DNA from: Macrostomum lignano
Lineage: Eukaryota
NCBI GenBank assembly: GCA_002269645.1
Contig: NIVC01002125.1
Coordinates: 111,065 to 175,064, forward strand
Length of the DNA: 64,000 nt
Direction of reading: 5' to 3'
A model generated the notes under the pieces. That model did no database searches. It saw nothing but the letters and a program-made list of their open reading frames with translations, and was not told the origin of the DNA. This document shows positions 12,271-28,401 of the stretch, in pieces. The number at the start of each line of letters is the position of its first letter. Position 1 is the stretch's first letter. The translations under genes were made by a program, and so were the position numbers.

Positions 12271-13653
12271 GGTGAGAGTCAGGAACAGATGAGAATCGGG
12301 AAAGGTGAGAATCAGGAACAGATGAGAATAGGGAAAGGTGTGAGTCAGGAACAGATGAGAATCGGGAAAGGTGAGAATCAGGAACAGATGAGAATAGGGA
12401 AAGGTGAGAGTCAGGAACAGATGAGAATAGGGAAAGGTGAGAATCAGGAACAGATGAGAATAGGGAAAGGTGTGAGTCAGGAACAGATGAGAATAGGGAA
12501 AGGTGAGAGTCAGGAACAGATGAGAATAGGGAAAGGTGAGAGTCAGGAACAGATGAGAATAGGGAAAGGTGAGAATCAGGAACAGATGAGAATAGGGAAA
12601 GGTGTGAGTCAGGAACAGATGAGAATAGGGAAAGGTGTGAGACAGGAACAGATGAGAATAGGGAAAGGTGAGAGTCAGGAACAGATGAGAATAGGGAAAG
12701 GTGAGAGTCAGGAACAGATGAGAATCGGGAAAGGTGAGAGTCAGGAACAGATGAGAATAGGGAAAGGTGAGAATCAGGAACAGATGAGAATAGGGAAAGG
12801 TGTGAGACAGGAACAGATGAGAATAGGGAAAGGTGAGAGTCAGGAACAGATGAGAATCGGGAAAGGTGAGAATCAGGAACAGATGAGAATAGGGAAAGGT
12901 GTGAGTCAGGAACAGATGAGAATAGGGAAAGGTGAGAATCAGGAACAGATGAGAATAGGGAAAGGTGAGAATCAGGAACAGATGAGAATAGGGAAAGGTG
13001 TGAGACAGGAACAGATGAGAATAGGGAAAGGTGAGAGTCAGGAACAGATGAGAATCGGGAAAGGTGAGAATCAGGAACAGATGAGAATAGGGAAAGGTGT
13101 GAGTCAGGAACAGATGAGAATCGGGAAAGGTGAGAGTCAGGAACAGATGAGAATCGGGAAAGGTGAGAATCAGGAACAGATGAGAATAGGGAAAGGTGTG
13201 AGTCAGGAACAGATGAGAATAGGGAAAGGTGAGAGTCAGGAACAGATGAGAATCGGGAAAGGTGAGAGTCAGGAACAGATGAGAATAGGGAAAGGTGAGA
13301 GTCAGGAACAGATGAGAATAGGGAAAGGTGAGAGTCAGGAACAGATGAGAATCGGGAAAGGTGAGAGTCAGGAACAGATGAGAATAGGGAAAGGTGAGAG
13401 TCAGAACAGATGAGAATAGTTGAAGGTGAGAGTCAGGAACAGATGAGAATAGGGAAAGGTGTGAGTCAGGAACAGATGAGAATAGGGAAAGGTGAGAGTC
13501 AGGAACAGATGAGAATAGTTGAAGGTGAGAGTCAGGAACAGATAAGAATCGGGAAAGGTGAGAATCAGGAACAGATGAGAATCGGGAAAGGTGAGAGTCA
13601 GGAACAGATGAGAATCGGGAAAGGTGAGAGTCAGGAACAGATGAGAATCGGGA
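12271..13653. repeat. 33-bp minisatellite GGTGAGAGTCAGGAACAGATGAGAATAGGGAAA
   Basis: About 42 units. Confidence 0.95.
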
Positions 13654-14289
13654 GTGGGGGAATTGAGAAAACCTGTTGATTGACTGCTCAGTCACCACCC
13701 CTATAGAGCCAGACCCGCAATGGAGCTCATTGATCTCCCAGCAAACTTACTTAACCCATAGGCTTGGAAGTATATCGCCCTTTGTTTAAAAAGTTGCCCT
13801 CAATACTAGAATATTCCTTGGTTGGGATTTGGGAGAAAGGGACAGACGAGAGTCAGCAAGTGAGGAGAGGCTCGAGAGCTGCGTGACCCAGAATGCAAAT
13901 TTAAATCCCACTGGGATCTTGCGACTCCCTCCCCACTCGGTCCCTACCAAACATTCTTATCTCGTGTATTGCCTCTTTTCCCACCCACTTTCTCCCCCCC
14001 ATCCCACCAAGTCGGCTCTCTGTGCGGTCTCTGACCCTTCAGGCTCTTTGCCCTCGAGCTGTTGAGGCGGGCGACAGGCGGGCGGGCGCAGCAGAGACAT
14101 TGCAGTCAAAGGGCAATGGACAAACTTGCTTGTCTTGTTGAAAGGACAAAGCCAATGCTGTATTTGCTTCAGTAAACTAGGTTTGGCTATGCTGTATGAA
14201 TATTTGCTGAGAGCTTATGCACTGCTGCTGGGCTGAGCGTGTTGGCCGCTGGCAGCTTTTTTATCTTCAGCCTTATCCATTCTGCCTCC

Positions 14290-14810
14290 CCATCTCTCTT
14301 CTCCCCTCTCTCCTCTCCACTCTCTCCTCTCCCCTCTCTCCTCTCTCCTCGCTCCTCTCTCCTCTCTCCTCTCTCCTCTCTCCTCTCTCCTCTCCCCTCT
14401 CTCTCTCCCCTCTCTCCTCTCTCCTCTCTCCTCTCCTCTCTCCCCTCTCTCATCTCTCCTCTCCCTCTCCTCTCCCCTCTCTCCACTCCCCTCTCTCCTC
14501 TCTCCTCTCTCCTCTCCCCTCTCTCCACTCCCCTCTCTCCTCTCTCCTCTCTCCTCTCCTCTCTCCCCTCTCTCATCTCTCCTCTCCCTCTCCTCTCCCC
14601 TCTCTCCACTCCCCTCTCTCCTCTCTCCTCTCTCCTCTCTCAACTCCCTCTCTCCACTCCCCTCTCTCCTCTCCCCTCTCTCCACTACCCTCTCTCCTCT
14701 CCCCTCTCTCCTCTCCCCTCTCCCCTCTTTCCTCTCTCCTCTCTCCTCTCCCCTCTCCCCTCTCCCCTCTCCCCTCTCCCCTCTCCCCTCTCTCCTCTCT
14801 CCTCTCCTCT
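14290..14810. repeat. polypyrimidine (CTCTC/CTCCT)n low-complexity tract
   Basis: Almost pure C/T on the + strand. Confidence 0.9.
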
Positions 14811-15229
14811 GCCAGAAGAACAATAGTATCTTAATATATATATGTGTATATATGCCATTGCAAGCCTAACGGATATTGTCATTATCATTATTAATAACTT
14901 TTTCTACTTTTTCTGATCCAACTCTTCAGCGGAGAAAGCAGAAGGGTGATCTTCTGGGAGCTGTTCTGTTGGAGCCGCAAAGCTCTTCTGAGATCGGCGG
15001 GAGATCCTCTGGACTGGGGGAGTGAGAGGGGAACGATGGAGGGATGGGGAGGTGCAGGGACCGCCCGCTGGGATTGCTAGGAGAAACAGATAAATAAATG
15101 GCTAAAAATGCCAACGCAGACTTCGGCGAAAACTCTGCTTTGGCTCTGCTAAAAGCAGAAAAGATATTGCCTGCCTATGAGTCTTGTTCGAGTGAGACAC
15201 GAGTTTGCTCTTACTGCGCCTCAAACTTT

Positions 15230-15690
15230 GTGAGGGTGAAACTCTGTGGAGGGAGGGTAAAACTTTGTTAAGGGAGGGTAAAACTCTGTGAAGGGAGGGT
15301 AAAACTCTGTGGAGGGAGGGTGAAACTCTATGGAGGGTAAAACTCTATGGAGGGTAAAACTCTACGAAGGGAGGGTAAGTGGTGAAGAAAAGGTAAAACT
15401 TGAGGAGGGAGGGTAAAACTCTGTGGAGGGTAAAACTCTATGGAGGGTAAAACTCTGTGGAGGGAGGGTAAAACTCTGTGAAGGGAGGGTAATAATCTGT
15501 GGAGGGAGGGTAAAACTATGTGGAGGGAAGGTAAAACTCTGTGGATGGAAGGTAATAATCTGTGGAGGGTAAAACTCAGTGGAGGGCAAAACTCTGTGGA
15601 GGGTAAAACTCTATGGAGGGTAAAACTCTACGAAGGGAGGGTAAGTGGTGAAGAAAAGGTAAAACTTGAGGAGAGAGGGTAAAACTCTAT
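15230..15690. repeat. 17-21 bp minisatellite GAGGG(AGGG)TAAAACTCTGTG
   Basis: About 22 degenerate units. Confidence 0.88.
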
Positions 15691-16344
15691 GGAAGGGGGG
15701 CAAAGCTCAGGGGGGGGGAACAATCTGAGAGGGGGCACTAGATTTTCACTTGTAACTCTAAATACCAATCAAACTCACCTTTAGGTGAAACAAACTGACC
15801 AGAAACACAGCAGTGTTAGTAAACTTGGGCCAGCCGAACTTGCTCCAACAGATTAAATAGTTGAGATTTTGTCCCCTGCTTGTGTTCTTGCCTCTTGTCC
15901 TGTCCTGCAACTCTCTGTGCAAGCTTTGGGGAGACTACTGGATAAAGGCAAATCCCTTTGGCTGATATAGAGCCTGCGCTGAGCTGCTCGGTGAGTTTGC
16001 GAACCTGCAGACCCCGCTGCCTCCTCTTCCCAATGCCCCCCCCCCCTAGACCAATGGGGATTTATGGGGATTTTCAAAGCTCCACCTCTATCTCCCCATT
16101 TCTTTCTCCCTTCTCTTTCATTTTTCTCTTTCACCCGCGCTGATCTCTGGCAGCGGATTCTCCCATATTCGTCAGAGATGATCCGCTGACAGGTTTTTTC
16201 TTGACTTATTCTCTGCCGATGCAGTGAAGAGAATCATTTTAATTTGTTTTCTTAGATCGGGCAAATCTTTATTTCACTGAAAGTGATATCGTAACTTGAT
16301 TTCCATGCTTTTGAGCATAATAAAAATTGCGATGGAAAGTTATA

Positions 16345-16700
16345 GAAAGCTAGTAGAAGCCATGGGAAGCTAGTGGAAGCCATGGGAAGCTAGTGGAAGC
16401 CATGGGAAGCTAGTGGAAGTCATGGGAAGCTAGTGGAAGCCATGGGAAGCTAGTGGAAGCCATAGGAAGCTAGTGGAAGCCATGGGAAGCTAGTGGAAGC
16501 CATGGAAAGCTAGTGGAAGCTATAGGAAGCTAGTGGAAGCCATGGGAAGCTAGTGGAAGCCATGAGAAGCTAGTGGAAGCCATGGGAAGCTAGTGGAAGC
16601 CATGGGAAGCTAGTGTAAGCCATGGAAAGCTAGTGGAAGCCATGGGAAGCTAGTGGAAGCCATGGGAAGCTAGTGAAAGCTACTCGTAGCATATTGAAGC
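16345..16700. repeat. 20-bp minisatellite GGAAGCTAGTGGAAGCCATG
   Basis: About 17 units, each a dimer of related 10-mers. Confidence 0.92.
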
Positions 16701-16751
16701 TATGGAAGCTATCAAAAGTCAAATGGAGTTAGTGGAAGCTATAGAAGAATA

Positions 16752-17420
16752 GTGGAAGCCAGCGGAAGCCAGCGGAAGCCAGCGGAAGCCAGCGGAAGCC
16801 AGCGGAAGCCAGCGGAAGCCAGCGGAAGCCAGCGGAAGCCAGCGGAAGCCAGCGGAAGCCAGCGGAAGCCAGCGGAAGCCAGCGGAAGCCAGCGGAAGCC
16901 AGCGGAAGCCAGCGGAAGCCAGCGGAAGCCAGCGGAAGCCAGCGGAAGCCAGCGGAAGCCAGCGGAAGCCAGCGGAAGCCAGCGGAAGCCAGCGGAAGCC
17001 AGCGGAAGCCAGCGGAAGCCAGCGGAAGCCAGCGGAAGCCAGCGGAAGCCAGCGGAAGCCAGCGGAAGCCAGCGGAAGCCAGCGGAAGCCAGCGGAAGCC
17101 AGCGGAAGCCAGCGGAAGCCAGCGGAAGCCAGCGGAAGCCAGCGGAAGCCAGCGGAAGCCAGCGGAAGCCAGCGGAAGCCAGCGGAAGCCAGCGGAAGCC
17201 AGCGGAAGCCAGCGGAAGCCAGCGGAAGCCAGCGGAAGCCAGCGGAAGCCAGCGGAAGCCAGCGGAAGCCAGCGGAAGCCAGCGGAAGCCAGCGGAAGCC
17301 AGCGGAAGCCAGCGGAAGCCAGCGGAAGCCAGCGGAAGCCAGCGGAAGCCAGCGGAAGCCAGCGGAAGCCAGCGGAAGCCAGCGGAAGCCAGCGGAAGCC
17401 AGCGGAAGCCAGCGGAAGCC
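16752..17420. repeat. perfect 10-bp array (GGAAGCCAGC)n
   Basis: About 66 identical units. Confidence 0.97.
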
Positions 17421-17468
17421 AACCATGCAGGTAAAGTTATCAAAAGCCAAAAGTTTGCAGAATCTCAC

Positions 17469-17531
17469 CCTCAGCCTCGGTGACAGCTGCTCCAGCTTCG
17501 CCACCCGACGGTTTCGTAGCATTAGAAGAGC
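17469..17531 (-). CDS. PDE1: probable PDE1 N-terminal exon
   Basis: cttacag|GC...G|gtgaga, 63 nt, phase 1/1 (SSNATKPSGGEAGAAVTEAE). Phase fits the 12178 exon; no homology evidence. Confidence 0.6.
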
Positions 17532-18302
17532 CTGTAAGCGATAAGGATGGGATTTGGGCTTAAAATTAGTTGAAAGAATCATAAAAAGAGTTTATTTGCA
17601 AAACATTAAGACGTATAAGGTTTGTTTGACTACTGAATATCAGTAGCAGTTTAAGCGTGTGTCTGAATTTCAACTGAAAACTCTGTCTAAGGTTGATATG
17701 GGTTTGTTTAGAGACTTGTTCATCACCAGCTTAAGCAAAAGGACTTTCGAAAAAATTGAAATTCGCACGACCTGCAAGTGTAGCGCACATCTAATCGAGT
17801 TGTCCATGGACTCCTTACAGTACGCTCGTAGCCCAAATGTACTTAGTTGTAAATTAATTTCTATGAAAGCCAATCTAACTACGCACACGCACAGATAAAA
17901 GCCTCGAATTCCTAAACGACTGCGAGCCGCCAATTCTGTCAGTTGTGCAGCCCTCCTGGAGGAGGCCGAGAGGCCGATTCTGACAAGAAGAATGGCGGCC
18001 GGAACAACCCGCACCCTCCCACCCCCCCCCCCCCGACCGCAGCAGCTCCGCAGCCGGGCAAGACAAATATGGGCCGCCTGGGAGTTGCAATGGGCGGCAA
18101 TTTTAACTGTCAGATCCGGAGCAGAAATTGATGGAGGGGCAGCGCGAACGGCTCGGCGCGGCGGTAGCGAAAAAATACTGCATGGGGGATTTGCTTTAGT
18201 CTCCGAGCAGCGGGGCCGAGTGGTCAGGGATTTGAACGCTGCGCTTCGGGCTGGCTGCCTCGTGGGAGCGGGCAGTGCTTTTCTGTATCTCGTCTGTGCC
18301 TG

Positions 18303-21212
<2,910 letters not shown>

Positions 21213-21799
21213 GAGTAACTTTTAAAGTATTTGAGATTTGAGAATGATAAATCAAGCTCATCTAGCTATTTCTGGCAAAGGAAATATGGAATGCAGAGTG
21301 AAAACATCCTCGAATCCTACTGTGTTTCTAAAGCATCCTTTTCATCACGAACAGCGTTAGTCTTTGACTCTCTCAATCCAGCTTTTTCCGTCTACATCAA
21401 CGCGCGGAGCTTCAGGCTGAATGGGCAGAGCAGAAGAGGAGATGCAGCCGTGAGTCGGGCTGCTGCTGGATCGCGTGATTAAACGGTATTAACGGCTTCT
21501 CTCTCCCTCTCACTCCCAACCGGTCTCCCACTCTCAGCCCCCCGACTCGTCTCAGAGGCTGAAAAGATTTCTCTAAGACCCAGTCGCTGATAAGCCCCGC
21601 CCCCTGCAACTCTTTCCCTCGCTTTAGGAGCAGCCAATCTGGTAGCTAACCATTGCTACAGTAGTCCAGATGAGGCTGGGGCTCCCAGCTGCTTGGTCTG
21701 GGGACTCTAAGTACATGCCACGTGCGAAACGAGAGCAAAGACACTGTTTGTATAGAATAGTAGCTTTTTCAGAACTTGGTAGGAGCATTAGGCAGAGGC

Positions 21800-23190
21800 G
21801 AGAGTGGGTTGCTAATCTATTCAAAGTCACAGACAAAGGAATAGAATGGATTGCTAATCTAGCCAACATCACTGATGAAGGAATAGAATGGATTGCTAAT
21901 CTAACCAAAATCATCGATGAAGAAATAGAATGGATTGCTAATCTAGCCAACATAATGGATGCATGAAGGAATATAATGGATTGCTAATCTAGCCAACATC
22001 ATGGATGCATGAAGGAATATAATGGATTGCTAATCTAGCCAACATCACTGATGAAGGAATAGAATGGATTGCTAATCTAGCCAAAATCATCGATGAAGGA
22101 ATATAATGGATTGCTAATCTAGCCAACATCACTGATGAAGGAATAGAATGGATTGCTAATCTAGCCAAAATCATCGATGAAGAAATAGAATGGATTGCTA
22201 ATCTATTCAAAGTCACAGACAAAGGAATAGAATGGATTGCTAATCTAGCCAACATCATTGATGAAGGAATAGAATGGATTGCTAATCTAGCCAACATCAT
22301 TGATGAAGGAATATAATGGATTGCTAATCTAACCAAAATCATCGATGAAGAAATAGAATGGATTGCTAATCTAGCCAACATCATTGATGAAGGAATAGAA
22401 TGGATTGCTAATCTAGCCAACATCATTGATGAAGGAATAGAATGGATTGCTAATCTAACCAAAATCATCGATGAAGAAATAGAATGGATTGCTAATCTAG
22501 CCAACATCATGGATGCATGAAGGAATAGAATGGATAGCTAATCTAGCCAAAGTCATCGATGAAGGAATAGAATGGATTGCTAATCTAACCAAAGTCATCG
22601 ATGAAGAAATAGAATGGATTGCTAATCTAGCCAACATCATTGAGGAAGGAATAGAATGGATTGCTAATCTAGCCAACATCATTGATGAAGGAATAGAATG
22701 GATTGCTAATCTAGCCAACATCATTGATGAAGGAATAGAATGGATTGCTAATCTAACCAAAATCATCGATGAAGAAATAGAATGGATTGCTAATCTAGCC
22801 AACATCATGGATGCATGAAGGAATAGAATGGATAGCTAATCTAGCCAAAGTCATCGATGAAGGAATAGAATGGATTGCTAATCTAACCAAAGTCATCGAT
22901 GAAGAAATAGAATGGATTGCTAATCTAGCCAACATCATTGAGGAAGGAATAGAATGGATTGCTAATCTAGCCAACATAATGGATGCATGAAGGAATATAA
23001 TGGATTGCTAATCTAGCCAACATCATTTATGAAGGAATAGAATGGATTGCTAATCTAGCCAACATCATTGATGAAGGAATAGAATGGATTGCTAATCAAA
23101 TAATATCATTGATGAAGGAATAGAATGGATTGCTAATCTAGCCAACATCATTGATGAAGGAATAGAATGGATTGCTAATCTAGCCAAAAT
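21800..23190. repeat. 42-bp minisatellite GAAGGAATAGAATGGATTGCTAATCTAGCCAACATCATTGAT
   Basis: About 33 units with variants. Confidence 0.95.
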
Positions 23191-25725
23191 GAATTAAATT
23201 TAACATGGAGAGCTGATCTAAGCAGTGACAAGAACTGTTAGCCTTTATCAAGATGCATAAACAGGCAAACCGCGAGAGCAAACCTGCACCCGTTGCTGAG
23301 TCCTCGCTGATGCAGTTCAGCTGCCGCCTTGCCAGACTCATAATCGGCTCTATTGGTGGCTACAGCAGAATGTCCAGAGTAATATTCGCTACCTTCGCTT
23401 AACTGCCGCGACGTATTATTAGAGAGGGCCGGTCTGGACGCGCTTATCGACTTTGAAACTGAGCGAGAAGTCTTTTGGACTCCCCGGACAGTTGGCAAGC
23501 AGTACGAGAAGCCGGACTGCCCCAGTAACCAATGGCTGGCCAACCAAAACTCTCTCCTGCAAGAAGTCCGCCCCACCCACCCGATTTTCATTCCCCCTCC
23601 CGGCAGAGCATCGCTTCTGCGTCTCCCTCGCCCTCTCTGTCACTCCGGTGCAGTGGCCCCGCAATTTTCCCACTTTACGCACAACTTTTTAATCGCTTCC
23701 TCACTTGCAAGCGTCAGTTCGCCTGCCCCAGACCGCCTTCTTCCCTGGGGAAGTTGAGCTTGAGTGGCAGTGGCGTTGCAATCATGGGGGAGCGGATTGG
23801 GAGAATGAGAGGGGAGGATAATGACACGGGGAGAGTATAGAGCGGCGTAGCAAAAGAGCACTAGAAATTACAATCGAAATTTAATTAGAGACTAAACTCA
23901 GACTAAGCGGTTGAGTTCGCACATTATGAGAAGAGAATGTTGTTGTTATGAGAAATTATGCGGGAAACAAGGGACAGAGTACAAATTATAATGATGGCAT
24001 GGTGAAATGAGGGCAAAAAATAAGACTTGATGGCTAGATGAGTGTGTGGATGAGTAGGTGGATAGATGGAAGGACGCTGCTCTCGGAGTTACTTCAGAGT
24101 AGAGCTCAGAAATCTCCCAAACTTCCATTAACTCTATTTCGGTACAACTCACCTTTCTTTTTCTCTGCTCTTGAAGTCTCTCTGGCTGGGCACACACGAA
24201 ATGAGTGGTTTGGCAACCAGAACTAGAAGGGGAAGTCATTCCGTTTCGGCCGGTTCCTATTTTCTATTTTCCTACTTTTTTCCTGAGCCGCAGGTCTACC
24301 GCCTTTCCGCATTGGGTCAGTCAGAACTTATTCATATCTCAACCTGGTCAAGGCACGCACGCTGGTTCAAGATGAGATTACATACAACAAAGCGTTATAC
24401 AATAGTAAGGTGTCAGTGTAATTCTACGTCTGTGTACAATTGTACATCGGAAGGCCAATAAACAACTAACGGCCGCAGACTAGATAGAGGTTCCACTAAA
24501 GGAAAATGATCCATCTAGTCGGGTGGAGACCCAGACTAGGCTAGTCCAGTGCGAGTCCACGGGGTACATGAGTATAGGAGTGAGGGTTTGGGGTCTGGGG
24601 ACGCTGCATACCTGCATTGGACAAGAAGATACGGGGCCCGCAGTAACGTGTTACACAACATATTGTCTTTAGTTTCTGCTTCTATAAATAATTTTAAAAC
24701 TAAAGGCAGCAAAATGACAGCATTCGTTCCACAATTCCTATATGTATCGAAAAGGGAAACCCGCGGTTTTATATTTTTAGACTGCAGGCTTCCGAGTCCA
24801 CGAGTCCTAAGGTCTTGTCTGGCCTACCGTGGATCCCCCCGCTCTGAAATGAAAGTCGAGGGGCGGGGGTTGTTAATGGAAAGACCAGTTAGGGGTGCTT
24901 GTGTGTGTACACTGTGGCCCTGTGCACTGAAGGACGAAATTTTATTGGAGGAGTGGGGTGGCTGTCAGATCAAACAAAGAATAGAGGATTTAGAAAGAGA
25001 GACCACATTGTACAATGTGTTTAGGACCAATGTAAAGCCTACATCCAGTAAAGCCTATCTGAAAAAACTGATTGCACAGACAGTGTATATAATTAATTCA
25101 CATTAACTCAAATTACCCAGTCACATTGAAAGTTCACTTGACAGTCACATTAAATTCATGCGTACCGCTAATAAGATAATTAGCGCGTCCTAGGATTAGT
25201 TATGCAAAATTTGACTCTTAAGCACTAGTAAAATGAACTACTTTGGAAGGGGTCAGTCAGCTCTTAACTAACTGTATCAAGCGATTCCTTCAAATGGAAA
25301 TTGCTTAGTTTGTCAGGCCAGGCGGTTAAAAATAATGCAGTGAACGAATCTTTTTTATCGAGCGAACCAGTTTGCTAAATTAAGGGTAAAGCTACGAGTA
25401 GAACAGAGGCCCTGCTCAGCTCAGGATTCTGTGGCCAATTAGTCACGGGTGGTCGGACGAACGGCCGAGCTAAATGAAGCGCAGTTGATTCAGAGAGAAA
25501 CTAGGGGTAGATCTACCTAGCAGAGACTTCGTCACGAAGGTTCGAGATATAATACATGTAACAGTGCTGATGTGACGGTCGATGTGGATACGAAATATAG
25601 AATGTGAAAGCAGGATGGAAGTGGCAGTGGCTACCAGCTGAGGGATGGCGTACAATTTAGAGATTCAAGCTGTCACTTTGCACTAAATAATTCATGAAAT
25701 GTGTATCCATAGATGATGGATAGAC

Positions 25726-26477
25726 GACTTCCTTAAGGCTTTTGACTCGGTCGCTAAAGGCGTGATACCATTAGTTCTTCCAGCCTACAATGTCCCAGAG
25801 AAGCTGATGGCGCTCTACCAAGACACGCTCGCTGCTGCGATCACACCTGACGGCCTCTCCGACTTCTTCACCACCTCATCCGGAGGGCTCACGTGGGCGG
25901 CTTTCCGCTGTGTGCGTGTCATGCTCTAGAGCGACACCCTGCCGGACCAGCTGAAGACCCGACTGTTCCAGGCGGTCGTGGAAACGTTGCTCCTCTACAA
26001 CGCCGAGACATGGAACATGACGGAGGTCCTGGAACGACAACTGGACGCGGTGCACTCCAGCCTGCTACGCACTGCCTTCAACATCCAACGTCACGCCGAA
26101 CACGTCACCTCTATCAACGGGCCAAGCTGAGCCCTCCCAGCGAGACCCTGCGACAGCGACGCCTGAAGCTGGCGGGTCACGTCATCCGCGCCGAGTCCTA
26201 ATGCCCGGAGCCGCTGCAGGAGGTCCTGCTGTGGACACAGCGGGTCCCCTTCCGGCGAGGGCAGTCGCGGACCCGAAGGTTCGTCGACTGTTTGACAGAA
26301 GACGCCAAGTCTCCTAACAAGGCCAACGGCGTCGGTTTTATCAGAGACTTTGCGACTAAGCGTGTTTTTGACATTGTCCCCCTCTTCCTGACCAATTTGT
26401 GGTCGGCGGACCTTGTAACTATAATTTTACGGTCGTATTGTATTGTATTGCACTGTATTGTAATGTATTGTATTGTA
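25726..26477 (+). mobile_element. RTE-like non-LTR retrotransposon relic, 5'-truncated and internally deleted
   Basis: DFLKAFDSV (RT motif) ... FFTTSSG is fused directly to post-RT GLTWAAF...LKTRLFQAVVETLLLYNAETW and ETLRQRRLKLAGHVIR. Contains stops and a frameshift; (TATTG)n tail at 26435-26477. Confidence 0.8.
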
Positions 26478-27659
26478 CCCATAGATGCACAGCACTACTG
26501 TCAGTAGAGAAGGACGCTTTCCTATCTATATATAAAAGCTGTTTTAGCCGTACAACGAATACGAGCTACCAGTAGATGCCATTAGAATCTTATTACAAAG
26601 TATCAAAGTTGCAATTATCGGCTCAATTTTATTCGAAATATAGAAATATCTAGCTACAACTGCATCGGGAACTGTGGACTTTCACTACAATTTTACAGAA
26701 ACTGAAAGCAGAAAAAATAGTGAAATGTAGGTATAGATAGAGAAACTTTATAAGAAAAAAGTAAATGCGATATCTCTCGATCCAACTTAGCCAATTGGGG
26801 ATCAGAGAATGCTGGGCAGTGATATAGAATCCACAATTATCCCCTAGAGAACTCAGTTCTCGCTGCCCCTCTCCCCCTCAGCCATATGGAAGCTTGCCGG
26901 ATCCAGTGGCCTCAGTTGAATGGCCACAGCAGCCTCTCAGCAACAACAGTGATTGTGCAGCTCTGCAGTGCCACGAGGACTGGTGGCCCATGACCTATTT
27001 GTTCTTGCTGTGACTGCTTGGGGCTGGAATAGCAGAACTGCTCAATCTCTCTCTCTCTCTCTCTTGATCTTTCAGACCTCTCGTCTTTTTCTACTCTCCC
27101 TGACCCCTTCACAGAGACCCATCAATCATCCGAAGCTCAGAAGCTCAGAAGCTCACCCTCACCCCCACCAAACTGGGCAAGGGGCTTTGAACGACCTTTA
27201 AAGACTTTATTCTAAGAAAAAATTCACAGGCGGTTTGACGACCGGTGACCACTGAGGACAGTTAAAATTTATTAAAGAATCAATGAAATTAACTATTGAG
27301 TTAAACGGCAGCTGGAGTCGCCTGTCTGTGATTTCAGATAAAGCAATAATGACCAATTAATCTGCATCGAACCTTGAGCAAACATCTGGACTGAGAGATC
27401 CGGAAGCACTCTGTTTGATCTGCACTTCATAATGAATTTTTTTATCAGAGCAATAATCTATTTATGCATCGCCGAAGCAGTCCGAGTAGCCAGAAAATCA
27501 TTAATTGACTCGTCTTGGCCAAACACTGATTATTCGTCCAATTCTTCCAATTACTCGTGTTTAAACATTTGACAGATTTTAAGCATCACAAAATTGTGTA
27601 TAAACAGTGTACGCTTCAAATCGCTAAATTGAATCGCTAAATACTGTTAAATGCACGAA

Positions 27660-28298
27660 ATCAAACGCACACTCGAACCCTCGGACACTCAGTTGGGCAC
27701 CCTCTCGAACACTTTGACAGCTTCGGACACTCAGTAGGATACTCAGTTAAACCCTATCGAACGCCGACGCATGGTGATCCACCCACTCGGCCACCCTCGG
27801 ACACTCTCAGACACTAATTGGACATCCTCGGACACCCACTCGGACACTCACTGTGACACATTGGAAGCCCAGTGATTCACCCGCTCGAACACCTACTCGA
27901 ACATACACGAAGGCAACAAATCAGACACCCAACCCATCCGGACACTCCGACGTCCTCGGACACTAATTCAGACACGCGCAGACACTCTTTTTTGGATACT
28001 TTCAGTCACTCATTCGGACTCATTCGGACACCCACGGTGACACCTTGGAAGCCCAGTGATTCACCAACCTACTTGGACACACACACGGACGCAACAGCTA
28101 GCTGGCACTCTCGGACACCCTCGACCGGGCACTCATTCAGACACTCATCCGGACAACCCATTCCGGTCACGTTTATACACTCCTCGGACATTACACTCGG
28201 ACACACCCGGACACACACCCGGACACACACCCGGACACACTCGGACACACACCCGGACGCAAACCCGGACACACACTCGGACACATACTCGGACACGC
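27660..28298. repeat. degenerate CGGACAC-rich repeat
   Basis: Dozens of cggacac/ggacac motifs, most regular at 28195-28298. Confidence 0.75.
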
Positions 28299-28304
28299 AC
28301 TCAC

Positions 28305-28401
28305 TTGGCGTAGCCGGCCGAGTTGAGAAGATTTTGTACTGCGCGTCGCCCAATCGTAGAGAGGCAGCCGAGGCCGCCTTACGAATTCGCCGGTGCATTC
28401 G
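28305..28401 (-). CDS. PDE1: probable PDE1 N-terminal exon (or alternative first exon from ATG 28398)
   Basis: ctcgcag|CGA ATG...A|gtgagt, 97 nt, phase 0/1 (RMHRRIRKAASAASLRLGDAQYKIFSTRPATP). Phase fits the 17531 exon. Confidence 0.5.

Noticed and set aside
8233-13698. Long ORFs of 382-1189 aa (SLISLYP..., KGESQEQMRIG...)
   Set aside because: They are translations of stop-free tandem repeats inside PDE1 introns, with no unique domain.
23238-24239. Other minus-strand donor-bearing segments (near 23290, 23704, 24152) as extra PDE1 exons
   Set aside because: Acceptors are weak or absent, there is no homology, and the model closes in phase without them. They remain possible alternative exons.
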